Assembly (NCBI GenBank): GCA_039812645.1
Contig: JBDIAV010000004.1
Span: 1,187 to 65,186 of the forward strand
Length of the DNA stretch: 64,000 nucleotides
Direction of reading: 5' to 3'
Origin: Actinomycetaceae bacterium
GTDB lineage: Bacteria > Actinomycetota > Actinomycetes > Actinomycetales > Actinomycetaceae
Part shown: positions 9,537 to 20,753 of the stretch, piece by piece
Layout: each line of letters begins with the position of its first letter
Numbering within the stretch: the stretch's first letter is position 1
Program-made: the position numbers and the translations under genes
The notes under the pieces: generated by a model
Databases searched by the model: none
Told to the model about the DNA's origin: nothing
Seen by the model: the letters and a program-made list of their open reading frames with translations, nothing else

Positions 9537-9570
9537 GTGGGGCCGGTGCCCCATTAGGCACCGGCCCCAC
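9537..9570 (-). terminator. Intrinsic terminator after the histidine phosphatase gene
   Basis: GTGGGGCCGGTGCC-CCATTA-GGCACCGGCCCCAC, with a nearby T-run on the minus strand. Confidence 0.68.
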
Positions 9571-9619
9571 CTGTTCAACCACAAGAGGCTTCTTCGACCG
9601 ACAAGGTCTGAAGTTGGGG

Positions 9620-10459
9620 TTACTTCTGGCCCTTTTCGATGTAGGACTCGTCGTTGAAGGACTTCAGTTTGTACTTGCCGTCCTTGTATTCGATGATGGT
9701 GACCGAGGCATTGGCAACGCCACTGGCCTCGGGCATGTCGTCTCCGAACAGGTGCTTAAGCAGCGCCATGATCGACAGACCGTGGGATACGATGAGCACG
9801 TTTCCGTCGCCCTTGGCGGCCTCGGTCTTTACAATGTCAGTGAGGCCAGCATCAAGGCGAGTGACGATGGTGTCGTAATCCTCTGCGGGCCAGTTACCTT
9901 CGCTCTCCGGACGGGCCTTGTCCAGCTTGGCCACGGTGTCAGCAAATTCCTTGGGATCAACGTTCGCCATGAACTCTTCCAAGGTGACGCCCTTGTCGTC
10001 CGCGATGTCCTGCCACATTGTGTGGTTGAGATCGCCCTCGTAGGTGCCGAAGTTGAACTCGCGGAGGCGATCATCATGGACGACGGTGAGATCGCTGGAC
10101 TTCTCGCTTTGCTCAAGAATGAGCTCAGCCGTCTGGTAGGCGCGGCCACTGGAGGAGGCATAGGCGGACTGGAACTCGATATCAGCCATGCCACGTCCGG
10201 CAGCTTCCACAACTTCTTCGCCCGCTGGGGTGAGTGGTGCGTCCGCCCAACCCTGGACGCGGTCAGTGGTGTTGAGCATCGTCTTGCCGTGGCGGACGAT
10301 GTAGAGGGTTAGTGCATCGGTATCGGCAGCTGCTGCTTCGGAGGTCTGAGTGCCTTCGGATGGTCCGGAGGTATCGGCATCGGAGGCGTTAGAGCAGCCA
10401 CTCAGGGCGAGGGCGGCAGAAAGGATGCCGGCGCTCAGCGCGGCGAATTTCTTCTTCAT
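9620..10459 (-). CDS. Histidine phosphatase (PGM-family) lipoprotein
   Basis: MKKK signal peptide with lipobox LSGC, then LYIVRHGKT, QGWADAPLT, LREFNFGTYEG and VSHG catalytic motifs. Confidence 0.88.
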   Translation of the reverse strand: MKKKFAALSAGILSAALALSGCSNASDADTSGPSEGTQTSEAAAADTDALTLYIVRHGKTMLNTTDRVQGWADAPLTPAGEEVVEAAGRGMADIEFQSAYASSSGRAYQTAELILEQSEKSSDLTVVHDDRLREFNFGTYEGDLNHTMWQDIADDKGVTLEEFMANVDPKEFADTVAKLDKARPESEGNWPAEDYDTIVTRLDAGLTDIVKTEAAKGDGNVLIVSHGLSIMALLKHLFGDDMPEASGVANASVTIIEYKDGKYKLKSFNDESYIEKGQK

Positions 10460-10619
10460 TTATTTGAGTCTTCCGTCTAGCTTCGTTGCTACGGTGCCCA
10501 TCTAATTATGGAGCGACCGGTGGTGTGAGAGTGGAATTCCGCTGGTTGTGTTGCGCGGGGTGGGGCAACGCTGGGAGCGTATTACGTTCAATTTTGAAAT
10601 GTCAACTACTTGTGGTGTA

Positions 10620-10648
10620 TTGACTCAAGATATGGGGGCGGGTATTCT
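10620..10648 (+). promoter_or_regulatory. Sigma-70-type promoter of the bgl operon
   Basis: TTGACT-17 bp-TATTCT, about 25 bp upstream of the RAT. Confidence 0.6.
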
Positions 10649-10673
10649 CACGCGTTAGGACTTCGGTTCTACA

Positions 10674-10750
10674 GGGTTGTTACTCCGATGAGGCAAGACC
10701 TGAGATCGCCGGTATGTGTGTACCGTGACGAGCTCAGGTCTTTTTGTTTT
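10674..10750 (+). promoter_or_regulatory. BglG/LicT RAT (ribonucleic antiterminator) overlapping an intrinsic terminator
   Basis: GGGTTGTTACTCCGATGAGGCAAGACCT matches the RAT consensus. Its 3' end overlaps the stem AGACCTGAG...CTCAGGTCT followed by TTTTGTTTTT. Confidence 0.87.
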
Positions 10751-10822
10751 TATCGAGTAACGTGGCCCTGGGATCACGAGATCCCTTGCGCATAACGACT
10801 ATGTGGTTCAAGGAGGACCCTC

Positions 10823-12724
10823 ATGGCAAAGGTCGACTACAAGGATTTGGCTAGCCGAATCCTTAAGGAGGTGGGAGGCAAGGACAACGTGTCCAGTGCC
10901 GCTCACTGCATTACCAGGCTCCGCCTGAAGATCAAGGACATGGATAAGGTCAACAAGCCTGCCATCGAAGCGATGGAAGGCGTCATCACGGTTGTGGAGG
11001 CCGGTGGCCAGTTCCAGGTTGTTATCGGTGACGATGTGCCGATTGTCTACGGCCACTTCACTGATTTGGCGGGTATTGCCGCCTCCGCTCCCGTCGAGGC
11101 AGATGAAGAGAAGGGCAACCTTTTCAACCAGTTCATCAACATGATCGCCAAGATTTTCTCGCCGATCCTGTGGACTCTCGCCGGTACCGGTCTCATCAAG
11201 GCGCTCCTCGCTCTTCTCACCACCTTTGAGCTGCTAGATCCGCTGGGACAGAACTACACCATTATCAACGCGGCGGCTGATTCCACCTTCCACTTCCTGC
11301 CCATCATGCTGGCTGTGACCTCGGCGCGCTTCTTCAAGGCCAACCAGTTCACGGCCATCGCCATTGCTGGCGCCCTTGTGTACCCCAATATCGTCGCCCT
11401 CAACGATGGCTCGCCGGTGCACTTCCTCGGCATCCCCGTCGTCATGATGAGCTACGTGTCCTCCGTGGTTCCGATCATTTTCGCCGTGTGGATGCAGTCG
11501 CATCTGGAGAGGTGGCTCTCCAAGCTTCCGGGTATGATCCGCAACTTCACCATCCCGCTGGTCACCGTTCTCGTTATGGTTCCGCTTGTCCTCATCGTGG
11601 TTGGCCCGATCACCATGACTCTGTCTGGATGGATCTCTGACGGTATCAATGCGCTCTTCCACTTCGCCCCATGGCTTGGTGGAGCCGCAATGGGTGCCCT
11701 CTGGCAGGTTCTCGTGATCTTCGGTATGCACTGGAGCTTCGTCCCGATCATGGTGAACGACCTCTCGGTGCAGGGCTACTCGCTGCTTTCCGGCCCGCTT
11801 CCGGCGGCTGTGCTTGCTCAGGCTGCCGCTGGTATCGCGGTCTTTATCCGCACCCGTTCCAAGAAGCGCCGTCAGGTCGCTGGCCCCGCTGCCGTCTCCG
11901 GTGTTCTCGCCGGTGTAACCGAGCCACTCGTCTACGGTGTGAACCTCCCAATGCGTTTGCCATTCTTCTTCGGTCTCGCCGGTGGCGCTATCGGTGGTGC
12001 GATTGCTGCGATGGGTGGCAGTGCTTCCGACGTTTTCGCTATCCCCTCACTTATCGCACTGCCCACCTACCTCAACGTTGGTAGCTTTGCGATGCAGGTT
12101 ATCGGCATTGTTGTTGGTATGGCCGTTGCCTTCATCCTCACCCTGTTCTTCGGTGTGAACAAGAACAACGATCAGCCTGACGATGCCCCCGTTGCGGCTC
12201 CGGTCGATGCGGCCCCCTCGGCGGTCGCTGCAGCTCCGGCTCCTGCCAAGACGGCTCTCGCTGTTGGCACCCTGGTCAAGGTCGCATCCCCGGTGAAGGG
12301 CCAGCAGGTTCCGATTAGCGAGGTCAATGACAAGGTGTTCGCCTCCGGTGCTCTTGGCGCTGGTGTGGGTGTTGTGCCTGAAGAGGCCACCGTGGTCTCG
12401 CCCGTCTCGGGTACTGTCGCAACCGTCTTCCCCACCGGCCACGCCTACGGCATCAAGACCGCCGACGGCGTCGAGGTTCTCGTCCACATCGGCATCGACA
12501 CCGTTGCCATGAAGGGCGACGGCTTCGAAGCAAAGGTGAAGAAGGGTGACTCGGTGAGCACCGGTCAGCCCCTCGCCGTCGTCGACTTCGACAAGGTGAA
12601 GGCCGCGGGCTATGACACCACCGTCATCGTCGTCGTTACCAATACCAAGAAGCTCTCGAACGTAACTCCGACGGCTTCCGGCCCGGTTGTGGCTGGAGAC
12701 GCCTCCATCGATATCGAGATCTAA
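10823..12724 (+). CDS. bglF: PTS beta-glucoside transporter EIIBCA
   Basis: HCITRLRL (EIIB Cys), QFQVVIG, GVTEPLVYGV (EIIC) and HIGIDTV (EIIA His). Confidence 0.95.
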   Translation: MAKVDYKDLASRILKEVGGKDNVSSAAHCITRLRLKIKDMDKVNKPAIEAMEGVITVVEAGGQFQVVIGDDVPIVYGHFTDLAGIAASAPVEADEEKGNLFNQFINMIAKIFSPILWTLAGTGLIKALLALLTTFELLDPLGQNYTIINAAADSTFHFLPIMLAVTSARFFKANQFTAIAIAGALVYPNIVALNDGSPVHFLGIPVVMMSYVSSVVPIIFAVWMQSHLERWLSKLPGMIRNFTIPLVTVLVMVPLVLIVVGPITMTLSGWISDGINALFHFAPWLGGAAMGALWQVLVIFGMHWSFVPIMVNDLSVQGYSLLSGPLPAAVLAQAAAGIAVFIRTRSKKRRQVAGPAAVSGVLAGVTEPLVYGVNLPMRLPFFFGLAGGAIGGAIAAMGGSASDVFAIPSLIALPTYLNVGSFAMQVIGIVVGMAVAFILTLFFGVNKNNDQPDDAPVAAPVDAAPSAVAAAPAPAKTALAVGTLVKVASPVKGQQVPISEVNDKVFASGALGAGVGVVPEEATVVSPVSGTVATVFPTGHAYGIKTADGVEVLVHIGIDTVAMKGDGFEAKVKKGDSVSTGQPLAVVDFDKVKAAGYDTTVIVVVTNTKKLSNVTPTASGPVVAGDASIDIEI

Positions 12725-12731
12725 TACTCCC

Positions 12732-14280
<1,549 letters not shown>

Positions 14281-14293
14281 TCACGTGTGATGT

Positions 14294-14336
14294 GGACCCG
14301 GCCTTGCTAGCTGACCGCTGGCGCTGGGCCGGGTCC
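14294..14336 (+). terminator. Hairpin after the GH1 gene
   Basis: GGACCCGGCC...GGCCGGGTCC 10-bp stem with an inner GCTAGC/GCTGGC pairing. Confidence 0.55.
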
Positions 14337-14508
14337 CATCGAGTGCGGGCGTAGTGTCGTGATTGACCGCAACTAGTGGCATGATGGCGTAATGTCTGCG
14401 GTGAGAACTTTTCGCACTTCAGATGAACTAAACGTCCGCCGAACGAATCGTTAGCACGTACAGCTAGCTCCACAATAAGAAGGAGACTGGAAGTGGGAGG
14501 GGTGGTGC

Positions 14509-15345
14509 ATGAAAGTCCTCAGGGTGTTCAATAATAACGTTGTGATGGCCGAAGATCCCCACCGCGGAACAGTGATCGTGACTGGACGGGGTGTGGGCTT
14601 CTCTCGAAAGCCCGGTGACTCTCTCGACACGGGCAAGATTGTGCAGGTTTTCGTCCCGGACGCCGAGAACGATATTAGCTACCTGAGCACCTATTTAGTG
14701 GATGTTCCCCCGGAATACATCGAAGTCGCTCGCGAGATCCATACTCTTGCTGAGCACGATCTCGGAACATCTCTTCCCCAAAGTGTCATTATTACGTTGG
14801 CAGATCACATCGCGTTTGCGGTGAAACGGGTGCGTTCCGGCATCGAAATGGGTCACCCTCTCAAGGCTGAGGTTTCCCACCTGTACTCCAAGGAATACGA
14901 GGTGGCGCGTAAGGCTGTCATCATCATTCGGGAGTATTCGGGCGCTGCTATTGCCGACGACGAAGCCGTCGCCATCACGATGCACCTCGTCAACGCCATA
15001 CAGTTCGAGACCGGCGATCTTTCCAAGACCTTCCAGATGACGGAGATCTTCACCCAGATTTTCGCTGTATTGAGTTCCGCGTTTGATCGAGAGTTCGAGA
15101 CAGACTCTCTCAACGCCGCCCGATTCATTACGCACCTCCGCTACTTTTTTGTTCGCGCTCATGCGGACAAACAATTGGATGACCAGCCGCGGCGCTTGAC
15201 CACCACCATCCGTGATGCCTTCCCGGAGGCGTTCCAGGCGGCGCTGCATATCCAGGGCTTGTTGGAGCTGCGGTTGGGAGTCCAGATTACCGACGACGAA
15301 CTGTCCTACCTCACGTTGCATGTTGCCCGTTTGACAACCGAATAA
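14509..15345 (+). CDS. bglG: BglG/LicT family transcriptional antiterminator (CAT-PRD-PRD)
   Basis: MKVLRVFNNNVV, GRGVGF, LADHIAFA, RFITHLRYF and YLTLHVARL motifs. Confidence 0.92.
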   Translation: MKVLRVFNNNVVMAEDPHRGTVIVTGRGVGFSRKPGDSLDTGKIVQVFVPDAENDISYLSTYLVDVPPEYIEVAREIHTLAEHDLGTSLPQSVIITLADHIAFAVKRVRSGIEMGHPLKAEVSHLYSKEYEVARKAVIIIREYSGAAIADDEAVAITMHLVNAIQFETGDLSKTFQMTEIFTQIFAVLSSAFDREFETDSLNAARFITHLRYFFVRAHADKQLDDQPRRLTTTIRDAFPEAFQAALHIQGLLELRLGVQITDDELSYLTLHVARLTTE

Positions 15346-15419
15346 GAGCTTCCGCCAATAGGCCATGGCCTGCTGACAGAACCTCTCAGGTACTTTCGAT
15401 AACGAAAAGGACGTTGACC

Positions 15420-16238
15420 ATGGTGGACCGTCATACTCAAGCTTTGTCCTTTGGCTCGCAATCCGGGGTATACGAAGCGGCTCGTCCCGGCTATCCACGC
15501 GCTGCCGTCGATTGGGTGCTGGAACTCCTAGGGGAGAAGGCGTTCACGGTTTCGGAAGGGAATCGCCCACTCCGCTTCGCCGATATCGGTGCGGGTACGG
15601 GAAAACTGACACGTGTGTTACGCGAGGTTAACGACGCCGTCGTCGCCATCGATCCTGATCCCAACATGCTCGTACAGCTGCGTGCGGTGGTCCCGGGTGT
15701 CGAAACGATGGAAGGACGTGGCGAGGAAATTCCACTTTCTGACGGTTCGTGCGACGCCGTCTTTTTTGGACAATCGTGGCATTGGACCGATCCTCTTCGA
15801 GCCTCGCACGAAGTAGGGCGAGTGCTTACTTCGGATGGGGTTCTTGGCCTGCTGTGGAATTCCCGCGACGTGAGTGTGCCCTGGGTGAGGCGTTACGCTG
15901 AAATTATTGGAGGGTCCGCCTCTGAGCGTCTGATTGAGGCCGACGACGTCAGGGTGGGCGCGCCCTTCACAGCGCTAGAACACACCGTGGTCGAGTGGAG
16001 TATGCCGATGACGGCGGGGACACTGCGGCATCTTGTGTCTTCACGTAGTCCGTATATTACGTCCGAGCCCGAAGAGAAGGAGCGTGTGGATCGCCATCTC
16101 ACGGTGCTCTTTGAGGAGTTGGGTCTTGGAAAAGATACAGTTATCGACTTGCCGTACAAGACCCACTGTTATCGCGCACACAAGGCCGGAGGAGAAGAAA
16201 CTTCCCGGGGCTTCCACATAGAGCCTAAGGTCATTTGA
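15420..16238 (+). CDS. Class I SAM-dependent methyltransferase
   Basis: YEAARPGYP, ADIGAGTGKLT and GQSWHW motifs. Confidence 0.88.
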   Translation: MVDRHTQALSFGSQSGVYEAARPGYPRAAVDWVLELLGEKAFTVSEGNRPLRFADIGAGTGKLTRVLREVNDAVVAIDPDPNMLVQLRAVVPGVETMEGRGEEIPLSDGSCDAVFFGQSWHWTDPLRASHEVGRVLTSDGVLGLLWNSRDVSVPWVRRYAEIIGGSASERLIEADDVRVGAPFTALEHTVVEWSMPMTAGTLRHLVSSRSPYITSEPEEKERVDRHLTVLFEELGLGKDTVIDLPYKTHCYRAHKAGGEETSRGFHIEPKVI

Positions 16239-16418
16239 CACAGCTCTGGGCCAGAATTAACACGTATATTCTCAGTCACAAAAAGCTGTGAAAGATCTGG
16301 AAAAAGGGCAAGAAGTCTCGGGTTGGGCATGGGACTATTCACGCATAATTAGCTATTAAGCACGGGCTCTGACGTGCGAAGATACTTGTCGAAACAAGAA
16401 TCAATCCAGATTGGGAAG

Positions 16419-16979
16419 ATGATGTCTAAACTCTTGGCGACAACGGAAGCATCCCGCCGTAACTATCCTGTTGCACTGCTCGTCGGTCTTATTGCCGGTG
16501 CATTCTCCGCGATCGTGAAGTTCGGCTGGGAGGTCCCGTTCCCTCCCCGTACTCCCGAGCGCAACGCCGTCAACCCTCCTCAGACCCTGCTTGAGCAGAT
16601 TGGTTTCTCCGAGGATATCGCTCGCGCTACCATCCACTTCAACGGTTGGGATCTGCCGATCTCCTCGTTCATCATCCACTTCGGATTCGCCATCTTCTTC
16701 GGCGTTTTCTACTGCATCGTTGCTGAGCGTTATCCTTCCATCAAGCTGTGGCAGGGTGCCGCCTTCGGTTTCTTCCTATGGATCTTCTTCCACGTGCTGC
16801 TGATGCCCGCCATGGGTACCGTTCCCGCACCGTGGGATCAGCCCTGGCAGGAGCACTTCTCCGAGTGCTTCGGTCACATTATCTGGCTGTGGAGCATTGA
16901 AATTGTGCGCCGCGACCTGCGCAACCGGATCACGCACCAGCCGGATCCCGAGGTTCCGCTGAAGGCTGCCACGCGCTGA
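16419..16979 (+). CDS. YagU/DUF1440 family membrane protein (acid-stress associated)
   Basis: SAIVKFGWEVPFPPRTPER, HFGFAIFFG, KLWQG and EHFSECFGHIIW, characteristic of YagU. Confidence 0.85.
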   Translation: MMSKLLATTEASRRNYPVALLVGLIAGAFSAIVKFGWEVPFPPRTPERNAVNPPQTLLEQIGFSEDIARATIHFNGWDLPISSFIIHFGFAIFFGVFYCIVAERYPSIKLWQGAAFGFFLWIFFHVLLMPAMGTVPAPWDQPWQEHFSECFGHIIWLWSIEIVRRDLRNRITHQPDPEVPLKAATR

Positions 16980-17047
16980 TTCTGCCTACTCGGTTGGTTA
17001 GCTAGAGCCGCGGTCTCCTGCGGGCAAGCTCGCAACTTAGCTCTTCA

Positions 17048-17090
17048 CAGTGGTGCCCCTCCAACGTTGATGGTTGGAGGGGCACCACTG
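17048..17090. terminator. Bidirectional terminator
   Basis: CAGTGGTGCCCCTCCAAC-N7-GTTGGAGGGGCACCACTG, 18-bp perfect stem between convergent genes. Confidence 0.78.
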
Positions 17091-17125
17091 TATGTTGAAT
17101 TACCAGTTAAGCGGGCATCCGATGA

Positions 17126-18460
17126 TTACTCAGCGCTTGTTGCGGACGAGGAATTCGAAGGATACGAGTCGATGACCCGTGCGCGACGCGAAGCGATGAG
17201 CGGGGTCTCGCCCACGATGGCGCTGTGGCTACGCGACATGATGTACTTGACAGCCAAGTTCGTCATTGCCGAGAAGCGGTTGCGGTTGGACATGAGCTGC
17301 TGGATATGCAGCCCCACCCAGATGATCCATGCCGGGAAGCCCTTGAGGCGGGGCAGGCCCTTGATCTGGGCGATTGCCGACGCGCGGCCAATCGTAGCCA
17401 TCGTTCCCTTGTCCAGGTACTTGAAGGGCTTGGGCTCGGGCTTGCCTTCCACAGTGGCCTTGATGACTTCACCGACGTGCTTGCCACCCTGAATAGCGGG
17501 CGTAGCGAGCTGGGGGAGGGCATCGTCGGGGTTCACGGAGACGTCACCAACGGCAAAGACGTTGTTGAAGCCGCGCACACGCTGGTGTTCATCAACTTCA
17601 ATACGGCCTCCACGGCCCTGGGGCAGCCCCCACTCCTTAATGGCGGCGGGGGCGGCAACGCCGGAAGCCCACACGACGATGGGGGCTTCGAGGAACTCCT
17701 GCTTACCCTTGTGCTCGACGACGGCGCCATCCGCGCGAACTTCCTTCACCGCGGTTTCGAGACGCAGCACGACGCCGCGCTTCTGCAGCGACTTCTGGGC
17801 ATACTCGCGAAGATCCTCGTGGAAGGGGCCGAGAACGCTCGGGCCCATCTCGACCAGAGTGATCTCAATCTTCTTAGGATCGAGCTCCGGGTAAGTAACG
17901 GGCATGTCGTAGTTGCGCATCTCTGCGAGAGCGCCGGCGGTCTCAACTCCGGTGGGTCCACCACCAACAACGATGATACGGAGATAACGATCGTCGTTAT
18001 TCACCGCAGTATCCTCAAGCTCGGTGAAGAGCTTGTCGCGCAGGCGGAGCGACTGGGAGCGGCGGTAGAGCGGCATTGAGAACTCTTCGGCGCCGGGGAT
18101 GCCGAAGAAGTTGGCAGCCACGCCGGTGGCGATGACGAGATAGTCATACTTCACCGTAATATTCGAGTCGAGCTCGATGAGGCGGGTCTCGTGATTCATA
18201 GAAAGAACGGTTCCGCGGAGGAATCGTACGTTCTGCTGGCCGGAGCGCACCGCGCGCAGGAACCAGGTGACGTCACCTGGGTTCAGGGCGGCGGTTGCAA
18301 CCTGGTAGAGCAACGGCTGGAAGGTGTTGTAGGTGTGGCGATCGATCAGCGTGATGTCGACGTCGGCATTCTTGAGCTTGCGAACGACCGAGAGGCCGGC
18401 GAAGCCGCCACCGATCACAACGACGTGGGGACGCTTCGTGGAGGACGATGTCTCATGCAT
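17126..18460 (-). CDS. ndh: Type II NADH:quinone oxidoreductase
   Basis: VVIGGGFAG, FQPLLYQVAT, VVGGGPTGVE.AG, FAVGD, AIQGG and YLDKGTMATIGR motifs. Confidence 0.93.
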   Translation of the reverse strand: MHETSSSTKRPHVVVIGGGFAGLSVVRKLKNADVDITLIDRHTYNTFQPLLYQVATAALNPGDVTWFLRAVRSGQQNVRFLRGTVLSMNHETRLIELDSNITVKYDYLVIATGVAANFFGIPGAEEFSMPLYRRSQSLRLRDKLFTELEDTAVNNDDRYLRIIVVGGGPTGVETAGALAEMRNYDMPVTYPELDPKKIEITLVEMGPSVLGPFHEDLREYAQKSLQKRGVVLRLETAVKEVRADGAVVEHKGKQEFLEAPIVVWASGVAAPAAIKEWGLPQGRGGRIEVDEHQRVRGFNNVFAVGDVSVNPDDALPQLATPAIQGGKHVGEVIKATVEGKPEPKPFKYLDKGTMATIGRASAIAQIKGLPRLKGFPAWIIWVGLHIQQLMSNRNRFSAMTNLAVKYIMSRSHSAIVGETPLIASRRARVIDSYPSNSSSATSAE

Positions 18461-18652
18461 GAGACTAAGACTAACGTCCTAGTAAACCTGTGACTATCCG
18501 TGACCAAAGTGTGGTGAATCACGGGCAATGTACGGGTGTGGGGATGTGTGGGAATGGGGTGTTTTGCCACGTGGATGCGTGACATTGCGGGCCTGATGCG
18601 GGGCAGAAACTGACGTCCTATGCCCACACAGAGGGGTGATTCCTCAAAGATG

Positions 18653-19900
18653 TTAATTGGTTGTTCTTGCCTGCGCTAACTGATGGTAACTGTGGAATGC
18701 GGCGGCCAGGTTGACGGCGAGTACTGCCGCGGCAAGCTCCGGTGAGAACACAGAGAGAATAACGACGACGGCGCCACCCATCCAGCCCGCAGTGAGTCGC
18801 CTGATAATCCCCACCGGTATTGGGCCCAGTTCAGGAGTATTGATGATGTCCTGGCCTTCGCGTCCGGTAGCGCTGCGGAGTGCTGCCACGCCGCGGGCCG
18901 TGAGCACGTAGAGGGGAAGGATGAGGGCGATGAGACCCCATGCTAGCCATGACCACACGGAGGTCACGGTGGTGAGAGGGAGGCGGAGGGCTATGGCGGT
19001 CATACTCGCTACAAGATAGAGCGTCGGCCAGAATGCTGAACCGAGAAGTACCGCGGGGCTAGATTTTCCACCTAAACGGGCAAACCCGTAGCGTATTCGT
19101 GGTTCTGAAACCCAATCACACCAGGGGCCCGCTGCTGCCACAGCAACGATGATGGCTGACACCAGAACAAGGATCATGGTGAAACTTGTGGGTCCCCAGA
19201 TCATCGAGACCACGGTGATCACGGCAACGGCGAAAAAGCTCTTCCCAATCTGCCCCAATATGCGGCGTAACGTAATGGTGAAGAGCCGGATAGCGGGTGA
19301 AGACGAACGGGTTGCGAGGCGCCGTCGTCGTCCTGAATCACGCAGGTGAGAGGCGAGGCGAAGGGCGGCCCCATCCAAAGTCAAGACGCTCATGAGTGCA
19401 CCGTTGGCGTTGGCGTCGGCACGCATGAGCCGCCAACGCGGTACAGAATTGTAGCTACCACGCTGAATAGCAGCGCCTAATCCCACAGCTGTTGGAGCGA
19501 TAACAACAAGAGCGGTTGCCAGAACCGCGATCTCGGTGATGCTCCAACCGAGGTGATAGGCGAAGGTGGCCATGAGGCTCCCCGCTAGGAAGACGATAAG
19601 AAAATTAATGCCGAGAATCTGCAAGAGTTGCTGAAACGGGCGGGTTTCGTACGTGCGCCAAGCGATCTCGGCATGGGAGGCGCGTAGCGGCCCGGCAAAC
19701 CGGGCGATACTCAAGAGTTGAGAGAGAAGAAAGATCAGGGTGATCGCGGCGAGTGCCCGCGAACTATCCGTGCCACGACTGAGAAGAAAACCCGTTACCG
19801 AGGGGCTGACGGCGTTGGCAGTGCTTACCCATAAGGAAGCCAAAACCGTAAAGCTCAACAACCAATACCAGATGTCACTCCAGCGAGACTCCCGTTCCAT
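18653..19900 (-). CDS. Polytopic membrane protein, probable ABC permease
   Basis: About 10 hydrophobic segments. 2-bp gap after the ABC ATPase. C-terminal TPELGPIPVG motif seen in actinobacterial DUF6297-like proteins (recalled, not searched). Confidence 0.65.
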   Translation of the reverse strand: MERESRWSDIWYWLLSFTVLASLWVSTANAVSPSVTGFLLSRGTDSSRALAAITLIFLLSQLLSIARFAGPLRASHAEIAWRTYETRPFQQLLQILGINFLIVFLAGSLMATFAYHLGWSITEIAVLATALVVIAPTAVGLGAAIQRGSYNSVPRWRLMRADANANGALMSVLTLDGAALRLASHLRDSGRRRRLATRSSSPAIRLFTITLRRILGQIGKSFFAVAVITVVSMIWGPTSFTMILVLVSAIIVAVAAAGPWCDWVSEPRIRYGFARLGGKSSPAVLLGSAFWPTLYLVASMTAIALRLPLTTVTSVWSWLAWGLIALILPLYVLTARGVAALRSATGREGQDIINTPELGPIPVGIIRRLTAGWMGGAVVVILSVFSPELAAAVLAVNLAAAFHSYHQLAQARTTN

Positions 19901-19902
19901 AG

Positions 19903-20547
19903 TTAGCGCACCGTCCGGGCGTGAGGCGAAGGGCTGCCGTCCAGGTGAAGGACCTGGGTGACCACGCTGCCGAGCAGTGGAGCCGCGTGGGTGGCGATGA
20001 TAGCCGCACGGTCGCCGAGATAGCGCTCGAGGATGCCAGCAAGAATGCCCTGGTACTCCTCGTCAAGGCGTTGCTCGGGTTCATCGATGAACAGAATGCG
20101 CCACGGTCGGACGAGAAGTGATGCCAGTGTCACGCGCCGGAGCTGGCCCGAGCTGAGGGAATGGGGCATGCGGTCGGCGAGATTGAGAACGCCAAATTCG
20201 GTGAGGGCCTGCTCGGGATCGCACAGCGAGCTTTCTTCGTGGAACACCTCGAAATGATCGCGGACCGTCATGCCACGCAGCCACATCCACTCGTCCATGA
20301 CGGCATAGGTCACATCACGATGGAGATCGCTATCGGGTGCGGCGGGCTGTCCAGAGATCGTAAACGATGAACACTCCATCGGTTGAAAACCGGCGAGGCC
20401 ACGAAGGAGAGTCGATTTTCCTGAACCGTTTGAGCCGGTGACGGCCACCACCTCTCCTGGAGCGAGGTCCAAGTCCAGACCCTTGATAACGGTGATGGGA
20501 CCGTAGCCGACGCGGACGTTGCGAACAGAAAGGAGAGGTGCAACCAT
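19903..20547 (-). CDS. ABC transporter ATP-binding protein
   Basis: Walker A GSNGSGKST, signature LSSGQ and Walker B LFIDEP. Confidence 0.9.
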   Translation of the reverse strand: MVAPLLSVRNVRVGYGPITVIKGLDLDLAPGEVVAVTGSNGSGKSTLLRGLAGFQPMECSSFTISGQPAAPDSDLHRDVTYAVMDEWMWLRGMTVRDHFEVFHEESSLCDPEQALTEFGVLNLADRMPHSLSSGQLRRVTLASLLVRPWRILFIDEPEQRLDEEYQGILAGILERYLGDRAAIIATHAAPLLGSVVTQVLHLDGSPSPHARTVR

Positions 20548-20663
20548 GGTTCACCAGTTTACGGGGCTTTCCGGTGCGAGCCGGGAAGGGTGGTGGTGAA
20601 GGAGTCCCCGGCTGCGGGAAATGCCCGGGTGCCCACGTGGACAACTGATAGTGGTGACAGCAA

Positions 20664-20700
20664 AGAATCCCGCCCGTGGGTAACCCACGGGCGGGATTCT
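20664..20700 (-). terminator. Terminator after the GH49 gene
   Basis: AGAATCCCGCCCGTGGG-TAA-CCCACGGGCGGGATTCT, 17-bp perfect stem. Confidence 0.78.
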
Positions 20701-20753
20701 CATGTGGGATATCGCATTCCATGATCTACGTCAGGCCCTGCGAACACCTGTTC

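Noticed and set aside
18498-18525. Rex/CRP-type operator upstream of ndh
   Set aside because: The best match, AGTGT-N6-TCACG, deviates too much from TGTGA-N6-TCACA to call.
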